A DNA stretch of 64,000 nucleotides, taken from NCBI GenBank assembly GCA_951406725.2, contig OX597814.1:95108001-95172000 (forward strand). The letters run 5' to 3'. The DNA comes from Octopus vulgaris. Its lineage: Eukaryota. Below the pieces are notes generated by a model that was not told where the DNA came from, did no database searches, and saw nothing but the letters and a program-made list of their open reading frames with translations. Positions within the stretch are counted from its first letter, which is position 1, and each line of letters opens with the position of its first letter. The translations under genes and the position numbers were made by a program. This document shows positions 38,706 to 48,928 of this stretch, piece after piece.

Positions 38706-39239
38706 TGAAATATATAAAACCATATACAGACTTTATTGGAAATTTTTATTTTGGACTTGGTGAAAGGGCTAGCATTTTTATTATATGATAATCGTGTCCT
38801 AGGGTGTTGTATATGTGTGGGTGTTTGGAAGTGGTCTTTCATTTAATGACAAGGATTGTGGGTGTTGAAGCTTACTGCACTAACAAATTGTGCCCCCGCA
38901 CTTGTTCAGGTGCTGTTTCAGTGTGTTTTAATCTGTGAATATGTTATATTTACGACCTATTATATTTCTTTCTTTCGTGTCCTTTGTACTTTAGTGTAGG
39001 TATTGTGTAGAGAATGCAGAACAGAGATCCAGATAGGATTAATGTTGTCTATAATGGATCTAATGTATTGTTTGTACATCATTGTGTATCATTTCTTTAT
39101 TGTGTCTTTTAAGTATGTTGTGGACGTATATTTTTGATTTGTGTGTGTTTGTACCATGTCTGTGTTGTATTTGATGTTCTCTGCCAATGCTTGTAAAGAA
39201 AGGAGACAGTGGAATTGGTAGATGCTACTTTAAATTCGT

Positions 39240-39500
39240 TGATTTGGATGGGACCAAGTTTCTAGATGATGTAAGTGGTGTTGGAGTAGTTAAGGAAAAT
39301 ACTGGGAGATGTAAGCATGTCATTCATCTGTATACAAGTATATGTTTTATGGAGATGTAATATATAGTCTTGTAGGTTAAAAAGTGTGGGTGAGAGGATG
39401 GATCCTTGTAGTACTGAACTCCTAACAGTGGTTGATATTTGCTTTTCATCCTTTTTACTGAAACATTGTTTGATTGACATTGTCCACTTACAACATACTA
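39240..39500 (-). mobile_element. LINE RT fragment (CR1/L2-like)
   Basis: VLQGSILSPTLFN motif. Confidence 0.5.
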
Positions 39501-39514
39501 TTATTATATTAGTC

Positions 39515-40080
39515 GATCAAAGACAAGAAAAACTGCTTTTACTTGCAAAGGCCCTGCTTGCTACAATTAGGGAGGTTTGGTGGAACAAAAAAATTATTTT
39601 ATTCTTAATGGTAAATCTCTCATCAACTTCTTCAAGTATCACTTGAAGAGAAAGGTGAGAGTAGAGAGGGAAGTTTTGGGACAAATGTTTCAAAAAATGA
39701 TGGATGAATGTAGCAAGGATGGCACATTTGAATGACAGAGCCAGCTTGAGCATAATCGTATGAACCAAAAAAAAAGAAAGGAAAAAGAGAGCTACTTACT
39801 GTAATGTGTTTTTTTGCATGAAACTATTGCCCAAGGTTCCCATGGTCTTTTCCATAAGCTTTTCTTTCCACGGATAAACTTGATCTGTTTTCCCTTTTTA
39901 CATTGACATTTCTGTGATACATGATCCCTATTGATCCCCCCTTCCTTTTTTTATGATCCCTTTTGATTGGAATTCAACCCACTTTTTTTTCTTTTTTTCT
40001 TCTCCTTCCCAAAAAGAAAAGCTCTACTTTGTATTTTGTCCTCTCTGTTTTCAACCCTGTGTGGCCAATAAAGAAACATA
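39515..40080 (+). mobile_element. 3' end of an L1/Tx1-like LINE
   Basis: EVWW...LINFFKYHLKRKVRVERE C-terminal remnant; pyrimidine-rich 3' UTR ending CAATAAAGAAA. Confidence 0.55.
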
Positions 40081-41191
40081 TTCTTAATTGTTTGGTCTGT
40101 GTGAAGTGTTGTGCCCATGCATGGTCTTCATGGGCATTCTGAGATTGTGGTTAATGTTCCTCTTATACAATCGCAAGTTAGCAGCTGAAGGGAAAACTTG
40201 GGTAGTGATGGAATTCTAGAGGACTGACATTGGCTGGGTGGGGTGAGTTACTGAGTAAAGTGGAGAGTGTGAGCCCTTGGGTGGAGGTTGGGTCACAATA
40301 TAGGTGATGACAGGAAAAGAGGCTTTTTAAGCTGGTTGGATGAATCTTATTGGAAGTGGTACAAGATCAACTAGTTTTAAGGAGTTGGGTGCCTGTTCAG
40401 GGACTACAGTCTAGGATATCTGTATGTGTAGTGGAAGCAGCAGTGTAAATGTTGGGGCAGTATACTATTGAGGGCCTCACTAGAGCTTTATACAGGATTA
40501 GTAACTGTTGGATGCTGCAATATTTCTGGCAGTGAAAAGGAAGATAACTTCATTTGATGCAGTCACAAGTAAATACTAAGACTGTCTTTAACAACATGTC
40601 CTATTAATACTAATACTGCCACTGTATTCATGTTTATGACCATCATGACTTCTGTCCTCACATTACCCAGAGTAGGGTCTCTTACTATTACTTGCAGGTC
40701 ATGTTATTATTGTGACTGTCCTGTTCAAACCATGTCAGGTCAACTTTTCCAGTAATCTTAGAATAAATACCACCAGAGTGGGATTGACCTTAAATCTATG
40801 GCCTTGTGTCAAAGTTACAAATCTGTTCTTGAAAATCTCCTGAAAATGAACTAAATTACATGCAAGTAACTCATATGCAAAACCATGTACTAATTATTGT
40901 ATCCAGTTCATTTAGTAATTCCTAATCTGTGTACATGGAATGTACATTATTCAAGCCATGACCATCTCTGTTTATTTTCTGGCACTTATATTCAGTTCAA
41001 CGTTATCTAGTGTATTCACATGATAAGGCTAAGATTCAGAGGAGATTGGCTGCCAATTCTAACAAGTCAAGTAATCATATAGATGTGTCTTTACTCACTC
41101 AATAACTGGCTGCAAATTTATGAAGTATGAGTGACTGTATCATAGAGGAGCAACAACCGTTGCAGACTAACTCTGGTATTGCTGTCTTCAA

Positions 41192-41421
41192 GGCGGCAAG
41201 CTGGCAGAATCATTAGCACGCTGGGCGAAATGCTTAGCGGTATTTCGTCTGCCGTTACATTCTGAGTTCAAATTCCACCGAGGTCGACTTTGCTTTCATC
41301 CTTTCGGGGTTGATAAATTAAGCACCAGTTATGCACTGGGGTCAATATAATCGGTTTAATCCATTTGTCTGTCCTCGTTTGTCCTCACTGTGTTTAACCC
41401 TTTGTGGGTAATAAAGAAATA
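41192..41421 (+). mobile_element. tRNA-derived SINE, family A, with 15-bp TSD
   Basis: TSD GGTATTGCTGTCTTC at 41175-41189 and 41422-41436. Confidence 0.9.
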
Positions 41422-41628
41422 GGTATTGCTGTCTTCTCTAGCCACTACTTGATGCTAATCCTTGATATCACAAACCCACATCTCTCTCTCTCTCTCTCTC
41501 TCTCAATCACAGCACTGATTCAGATGACCCTGTTAAACAACTATATTGTTCACAAACCTAACACAGAATACTTGACTTCAACAACAAAACATTTCTCCTA
41601 TATGTACCACTCTAACTACCATCTACAT

Positions 41629-41806
41629 CAGTGGTTCTCAACCAGGGTCCATACAACACAAGTTAACTTGAGAAAAACCAAAACACGAATTTTGAAAGAT
41701 GTTTCTATAAAACTAGTTTTTAAACATTGAATGACTATAGGGGTCCACCAGAATAAAATAGTAATCAAAGTAATCCATGGATAAAAAAAATGGTTGAGAA
41801 TCCCTG
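41629..41806. mobile_element. hAT-type MITE
   Basis: CAGTGGTTCTCAACC...GGTTGAGAATCCCTG termini; perfect 8-bp TSD ATCTACAT. Confidence 0.9.
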
Positions 41807-42239
41807 ATCTACATCAATTATTTTCTGCTAGCTACTCATACAAAAAAATACTCAGCACTCCCTCAAGAAACAACACAAACTGTAGCGCCAGGTCAACCCT
41901 AACTGAGTCAAATTCTTAGCCAGCAAACAATGTACAAATACACTTCTAGAAGCTTCATTTTCCACGAGGCTCCATCTTCTCACCAATTCTTTTCAACCTA
42001 TACCTATACAACATTCTCACATCTTCACAAGCTTCATAACATTCTCCCACCATTCTTCAAACACTACTGCATAACTACTGCAACTTCATTTAAACCATCT
42101 AGCAATCTGGTTCCACAACAGCTGCTTTAAAGTTGCACCAACCAAAACCAGTTTTCCTTTCTTATGAGCAACACCAGAGAACATCAAATACATCAAACAA
42201 AGCACAAGTATGTTTAAAGCAATCATAGGTACCACATAT

Positions 42240-43093
42240 GACTCGAGAAAGTTCAGAGACCTTTTAACTCTGTTGGCAAAAGGTCTAAGATTGTATGATG
42301 CATGTGTATGAACTGTGATGCTGCATAGTAGTGAGGCATGGGTCCTGAATGTGGAGGTTATGCAAAGGCTGTAGAGGAATGAAGCTGGTATGCTCCACTG
42401 GATATGCCTGTACAACAGAGCAATGGTGTATTGAGAGAGAAGTTGGACATAAGAGGAATTAGATGAAGTATGCAAGAGAGGAGACTGCACTGGTTTGGTC
42501 ATGTGATGCAGATGGTTGGGGACAGTTGCATAAAGAAGTGCCAATCACTTAAAGTGGTGGGGAAGTTGTGGAAGAGGGAGACCCAGGAAGACATGGGACA
42601 AAGTATTGAAGGCTGATCTCGAAACATTGAACCTTAGGAAGATGACAGAGGATGAAGATATGTGGAGCATTGCCATACTCAAAAAGACCCACCTACCACA
42701 ACAGAATTGGGATCCTAAAACCAAGGTGCCTCATAAAAAGCACTGGTGCTGGTGCCACATAAAAAGCACTGGTGCTGGTGCCACATAAAAAGCACTGGTG
42801 CTGGTGCCACATAAAAAGCACTGGTGCTGGTGCCACATAAAAAGCACCGGTGCTGGTGCTTTATAAAAAGTACTCATGCTGGTGCCACATAAAAAGCACT
42901 AGTGCTGGTGCTTTATAAAAAGTATTCATGCTGGTGCCACATAAAAAGCACATGATACACTCTGTAAAGTGGTTGCTGTTAGAAAGGGCTTCCAGCTGTA
43001 GAAACCAAGCCAAAGCACTATGGAATCTGGTATAGCCCTTGACCTTTCCAGTTCCTGTCAAGCCAGCATGGGAAACAGACATTAAATGATGAT
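42240..43093 (+). mobile_element. RTE 3' portion with an internal 26-bp tandem array
   Basis: RLHWFGHV and RGRPRKTW remnants; TGATGAT tail. Confidence 0.82.
42722..42950. repeat. 26-bp minisatellite (~9 copies)
   Basis: CATAAAAAGCACTGGTGCTGGTGCCA repeats with period 26. Confidence 0.9.
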
Positions 43094-43674
43094 ACACTAG
43101 ATCTATCATAGACTATGCTGGTGCTCTCTGGGCCCCTCAGTCTCCAAAGCAAAGAACATAAAAAGTACACTATTATAACAGGTTGTACTATATATAAGAT
43201 ACCCACAGGTCACCTAAACATTGAAACAAAAATACCAGAAATATACAGCCACCTAAATAAGTGAGGGACACAGACTTTTAGTGGAGTAGGCTTAAATTCC
43301 CACAGTCCCTGTTATTATATGAAAATCTACCCCCAAACACCCAGAAGCATATGCCACACCCCAGAACATTACAACAATATTATCAGAAAAATGTCAGCTC
43401 TCCAACTGGATCCAAACAAACAAAAGGAACACATACAGAAATAATTGTACAATCAATAGGCTCACTAGCTACAATACTAGTGAGATTTTCACCATCTTCT
43501 GGCTGAGAATATTTTACTCTCCTTCACTGCAGCCACCACCAGAATCTACTATCATACAGAACTAAATTGAATAGTGAAAGCAGTTCAACATCCTGATTGT
43601 TACACTGTATCCCCACCTGTCAGTGAGTACAGAATGGCCCTTAGACTAAAAGGGTTGTTATATATGTAATAGAT

Positions 43675-43867
43675 CTGTGCGGGTGGCACGTAAAAAGCAC
43701 CCACTACACTCACGGAGTGGTTGGCGTTAGGAAGGGCATCCAGCCGTAGAAACACTGCCAGATTTGACTGGGCCTGATGAAGCCTTCTGGCTTCACAGAC
43801 CCCAGTAGAACCGTCCAACCCATGCTAGCATGGAAAACGGACGCTAAACGATGATGATGATGATGAT
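43675..43867 (+). mobile_element. RTE 3'-end fragment
   Basis: Near-identical to 47520-47712; (GAT)n tail. Confidence 0.88.
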
Positions 43868-43928
43868 CTGTAGCTGGAGTATCATGATTCCATCAAGTAT
43901 CTACATTGCCAGAATTTGGCTCAGTTAA

Positions 43929-44139
43929 GGTGGCGAGCTGGCAGAAACGTTAGCATGCCGGGCAAAATGCTAAGCAGTATTTCGTCTGCCATTGCATTCT
44001 GAGTTCAAATTCTGCCGAGGTCGACTTTACCTTTCATCCTTTCGGGATCGATAAATTAAGTACCAGTTACACACTGGGGTCGATGTCTGTCCTTGTTTGT
44101 TCTCTCTATGTTTAGCCCCTTGTGGGCAATAAAGAAATA
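43929..44139 (+). mobile_element. tRNA-derived SINE, family A, with 17-bp TSD
   Basis: TSD AGAATTTGGCTCAGTTA at 43911-43927 and 44140-44156. Confidence 0.9.
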
Positions 44140-44638
44140 AGAATTTGGCTCAGTTAGGGTTGACCCGGCGCTACAGTTAGAAACAAGCCAATAAGAGAGC
44201 CTCTGTGCAATGATTCGACCTGTTAAAATTAGTAACTATAACTACAGACTAACCAATGGATTGCTAGTGTATTTGGTCAGCAGATACTAAAAGAAGCCTA
44301 TCTTAGGCACAAGTGTGTCTGTGTGGTTGAGAAGTTTGCTTCCCAACCACATGTTCAAATCCTAGCTTCAGTCCCACTGCGTGACATCTTGGACAAGCGT
44401 CTTCTACTATAACCTTGGGCTGACCAAAGCCTTGTGAGTGGATTTGGTAGGTGGAAACTGAAAGAAGCCCATCGTATATATATATGTATGTGTGTCTTTG
44501 TGTTTCTCCACCATTACTGCTTGACAATATATTTGTTTTCTTGAGATTAAAATTTTGTTCCCAAATTGGTGACACACCCTGTATGTATATAATATATATA
44601 TTAAGCAAAAGTCCATATGTGTGTGTGTATATGTGTAT

Positions 44639-45034
44639 GGTACTTTTTGGTTATTTCCCTCGTTTTACAAGAAATATCAGTACCTTTGGTCATCTTCCTC
44701 AACTAAAAATATTGCTTAACTCTCAATAAAACAAAAATGGAAAGTGTAAAGATAAAGTATCTTATTGAATCTGATAATATTTTTATAACAAATCGTACAA
44801 AACTGAAAAGATTAATAAACATGAGAACTGACTGAATCTGTTAATATTTTTATAACAAATCATACCATGCCAATTGAGGAGGCCAAACGTCAACAATGTG
44901 TTGAAGTATTGAATCTTAAAGATCTAATACGTTTTATCCAATCTTTTGTTGCCACATAAACGCAGTTTTTAGTGGGGAGATAACCCAATTTTCAATGGCA
45001 ATTTTTTAATGGGGTGAGATAACCAAAAAGTACC
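44639..45034. mobile_element. Merlin-like MITE inserted among family B SINE sequence
   Basis: TIR GGTACTTTTTGGTTAT / ATAACCAAAAAGTACC; 8-bp TSD ATGTGTAT. Confidence 0.75.
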
Positions 45035-45270
45035 ATGTGTATGTGTGTCTGTGCCCCTCCCCATCACCACCATCACTTGACAATCAATGTTGGTGTATTT
45101 AAGTCCCCATAACTTAGTGGTTTGGCAAAAGTGACTGATAGAATAAGTACTAGGCTTACAAAGTATAACTCCTGGTGGTTTATTTCTTCAACTAAAACCC
45201 TTTAAGGTGGTGCTCCAGTATGGCCATGGCCAAATGACTAAAACAAATAAAAGAATATATATATATATAT

Positions 45271-47712
45271 TGACTGTTGACAGGGCTATTAGACAAAAGA
45301 AACAGGCTTGGAAGGACTGGAAGAACGGTGGTAGCAGGGAAGTGTATCAGACTGCAAGAAGGGAAGCTAGGAGGCAGGTTTATTTAGCCATAGGGGAAGC
45401 AGATAGGAAAAATTTGCCAATGTCCTGCGCCGTGAGGATGAAAGACTTGAGGTATTTCGTATAGCAAGACAGTGTGTGAGAGAGAATCGTGACGTGGTAG
45501 GAGAAAAATGTGTTCGCACGGATGACGGCTCACTTGCGCTAAATGAGGATGCAAAGAGAGAGGTTTGGAGAAGCCACTATGAAAGGTTGCTGAATGAGGA
45601 AAATGAATGGGATAAAGAGAGTCTGCCGAATGTTGACCCAACAGAGGGACCAGCAATCCGAGTTGACAGTTCCTTAGTAGATAAGGCAATTAAAAGCATG
45701 AAAACAGGGAAAGCCCCAGGCCCATCAGGAATTACTGCAGAGATGCTCAAAATATCTGGTAGTGTCGGCTATAGCCTAGTCACCCGTATAGTTAACCAAG
45801 TAATACACGAAGGAGTCATTCCCAATGACTGGTGTAGCAGCATAATAGTCAGCTGCTACAAAGGTAAAGGTGACGCCCTAGATACAAATAACTACAGGGG
45901 TATCAAGCTGCTGGATCAGGTAATGAAGGTTACGGAGAGGGTTATAGCCCAACTAATTAGAGAGAGAGTTAGCCTAGATCAGATGCAGTTTGGGTTCGTG
46001 CCAGGGAAAAGTACTACTGATGCTATTTTCATGGTAAGACAGCTGCAAGAGAAATACCTAGCCAAAGACAAGCCCCTATACCTGGCTTTTGTTGATATGG
46101 AGAAAGCCTTCGACAGGGTCCCCCGATCCCTCATCTGGTGGTCAATGAGGAAACTAGGGATAGATGAATGGTTAGTGAAAGCTGTACAAGCCATGTACAG
46201 AGACGCTGCTAGTAAGGTGAGGGTTGGCACCGAGTACAGTGAAGAATTCAGGGTAGAGGTTGGGGTCCACCAAGGTTCAGTCCTCAGTCCTCTCCTATTT
46301 ATCATAGTCCTCCAGGCAATAACGGAGGAATTCAAGACAGGATGCCCCTGGGAGCTCCTCTATGCTGATGACCTTGCTCTAATTGCTGAGTCTCTATCAG
46401 AACTAGAGGAGAAGTTTCAGGTATGGAAACAAGGTTTAGAATCAACCTAGCCAAAACCAAAGTCCTAATAAGTAGGAAGGTAGACCAATCACAAATGCCT
46501 TCAGGTAGATGGCCCTGCTCGATCTGTAGAAAAGGTGTAGGTAGAAACTCTATAAGATGCACCAAGTGTAAGCTATGGACACATAAGAGGTGCAGCAATG
46601 TCAAAGGAAGGCTAACTAGGAAGATGGTTTTTGTATGTGGCAGATGCTCAGGAACAATTAACACTGAAAATGCTCTGAGACCTTTGGAAGTATGCTGTGC
46701 GTGAGAAAACCCGGCAAGACCAGTGAGAACAGTCAAAATCAAAATCAAACCAAATTGAGGTCGATCAACATCAGGGCCCCCGTGCAGGTGACACGTAAAA
46801 GCACCATCCGTTCGTAGCCGTTTGCCAGCCCTGTCTGGCCCCCGTGTCGGTGGCACGTAAAAGCACCATCCGTTCGTGTTCGTTGCCAGCCTGGCCTGGC
46901 CCCCGTGCCGGTGACACGTAAAAGCACCATCCGTTTGTGGCCGTTTGCCAGCTCTGTCTGGCCCCCGTGCCGGTGACACGTAAAAGCACCATCCGTTCGT
47001 GGCCGTTTGCCAGCTCTGTCTGGCCCCCGTGCCGGTGACACGTAAAAGCACCATCCGTTCGTGGCCGTTTGCCAGCCCTGTCTGGCCCCCATGTCGGTGA
47101 CATGTAAAAGCACCATCCGTTCGTGGCCGTTTGCCAGCCCTGTCTGGCCCCCATGTTGGTGACATGTAAAAGCACCATCCGTTCGTGTCCGTTGCCAGCC
47201 TCGCCTGGCCCCCGTGCCGGTGACACGTAAAAGCACCATCCGTTCGTGGCCGTTTGCCAGCCCTGTCTGGCCCCCGTGTCGGTGGCATGTAAAAGCACCA
47301 TCCATTCGTGTCCGTTGCCAGCCTCGCCTGGCCCCCGTGCCAGTGACACGTAAAAGCACCATCCGTTTCGTGGCCGTTTGCCAGCTCTGTCTGGCCCCCA
47401 TGTTGGTGGCACGTAAAAGCACCATCCGTTCATGTCCGTTGCCAGCCTGGCCTGGCCCCGTGCCGGTGACACGTAAAAGCACCATCCGTTCGTGGCCGTT
47501 TGCCAGCTCTGTCTGGCACCTGTGCGGGTGGCACGTAAAAAGCACCCACTACACTCACGGAGTGGTTGGCGTTAGGAAGGGCATCCAGCCATAGAAACAC
47601 TGCCAGATCTGACTGGGCCTGATGAAGCCTTCCAGCTTCACAGACCCCAGTTGAACCGTCCAACCCATGCTAGCATGGAGAACGGACGCTAAATGATGAT
47701 GATGATGATGAT
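45271..47712 (+). mobile_element. Young 5'-truncated RTE-clade LINE with internal deletions (in the SMIM13 intron)
   Basis: 324-aa RT ORF (KAPGPSGI, NYRGIKLL, QFGF, FVDMEKAFD, GVHQGSVLSP, YADD); RTE 3' UTR and (GAT)n tail. Confidence 0.93.
46775..47530. repeat. ~61-62 bp tandem array (12 units) inside the RTE 3' UTR
   Basis: AAAAGCACCATCC recurs 12 times between ~46797 and ~47475. Confidence 0.95.
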
Positions 47713-47754
47713 GGTACGTAACATTAATAACAATAAAGAGTATGGAGACTTATA

Positions 47755-47917
47755 CATCGTCATCATCATCATTTAACGTCCGCTTTCCATGCTAGCATGG
47801 ATTGGACGATTTGACTGAGGACTGGCGAACCAGATGGCTGCACCAGGCTTCAATCTGATCTGGCAGAGTTTCTACAGCTGTATGCCCTTCCTAACGCCAA
47901 CCACTCCGAGAATGTAG
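47755..47917 (-). mobile_element. RTE 3'-end fragment, tail-to-tail with the upstream copy
   Basis: Reverse complement of ~47548-47712. Confidence 0.88.
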
Positions 47918-47919
47918 GA

Positions 47920-48660
47920 CATTCACAAAATTTATTTTATAGTTATATACAGCTTGTTATAATGACCTACACATGTTTCTGTCATTGACTACTCACTGTT
48001 GCAAATGCAACCTTGCAATATTGTCAGTGCACCTTCATCAGAGCCCATCCATTTGGTCATCCTTGAGATGACTTGCCTAAAATAAATTTTTGTTAGTTAG
48101 TGATCTGTGGGGGATGGGGGGTGCTGTTATTTATAGGTATGTGCTGATGACCTCAACTTCACCCCAGTCACTGTCCAAAGTTAGGGCTTAGAATAGGTTA
48201 TGGTTGAGATTATTGATTTTGTAAGGCTCTTTGTTCATTTTAATGATTCTGTGTGTTGTTTTTGATTTGGAGTGTAGTGCTTGTATTGAAGGGTTCATGT
48301 TTGTTTACATTCATTTTTTGGTTGGGCTGCTCATGATTTGTTATACATTGGGTGAGGTACTTGTCTCCTTTATTAAGATGGTTACTAAATATCTTTATGT
48401 TATTCTATTTGTTTCATCAAGCTCAATTGTTGCTGGGGTGTTGGCTATCTAGAATTATCTTTATATCTCTTAATGGTTCTTCTGTGTTTGTGTAAGCCTC
48501 TTAGGGCTTGTTTGTGTCTTCTATTAATTAATGTGCATTTTGATGTAAATATTTGGTAAAGCTCCTCTGTGCCTAAGTCACATCTATTTCCCCCATTCGG
48601 TAAGGCTTAGTAGTACTAATTAGTTCCAAATTAATAACTATTGTTTTTATTTTTAATTAG
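47920..48660 (-). mobile_element. Penelope-like element remnant
   Basis: The minus strand encodes KPYxxxxNRCDLGTEELYQI...LINRR, resembling the PLE GIY-YIG C-terminus, with a hammerhead-like motif downstream. Confidence 0.55.
47962..48060 (-). ncRNA. Degenerate Penelope-type hammerhead ribozyme
   Basis: CTGATGA (48041-48035), a long imperfect stem II, GAAA (47979-47976), then CATGTG-TA-GGTCAT. Confidence 0.5.
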
Positions 48661-48803
48661 CAATATTTGAGAAATAAAAATAGAATGGTTACATCTAGCA
48701 TTCAGGTAAAACAACAACAACTTTTAAATTTTTGCCATTTAGTGAGTTCCAAGTTCTCACCTTTTTTTTTTATTATTATTTCTTTCTATTGTTTTCATTG
48801 CAG

Positions 48804-48928
48804 GCTGGTATTTGGTTTGGCGTTTCTTCTTACAACGATTTGGTTTCATTCGTGAGCTTTATGCCAGTGAGAATTCGAATTCACAAGATGTCCCCAAACG
48901 AAGACGTGACAAGTCAAGAAAAGATTAA
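48804..48928 (+). CDS. SMIM13: SMIM13-like exon 2 (GWYLVWRFFLQRFGFIRELYASENSNSQDVPKRRRDKSRKD*)
   Basis: Polypyrimidine tract plus TGCAG acceptor; phase matches exon 1; GWYxVWxxFLxxFxFxREL recalls human SMIM13 GWYFVWHLFLSKFKFLREL; 67 aa in total. Confidence 0.85.

Noticed and set aside
43770-43800. Hammerhead core CTGATGA in RTE tails (also ~47619)
   Set aside because: No GAAA after the hairpin, and other copies read CTGGTGCA at this position.
46775-47530. CRISPR array, or real proteins in the long minus-strand ORFs (233-318 aa)
   Set aside because: Units repeat over their whole length with no unique spacers, there are no cas genes, and the context is a eukaryotic LINE UTR. The ORFs are by-products of a stop-poor tandem repeat.
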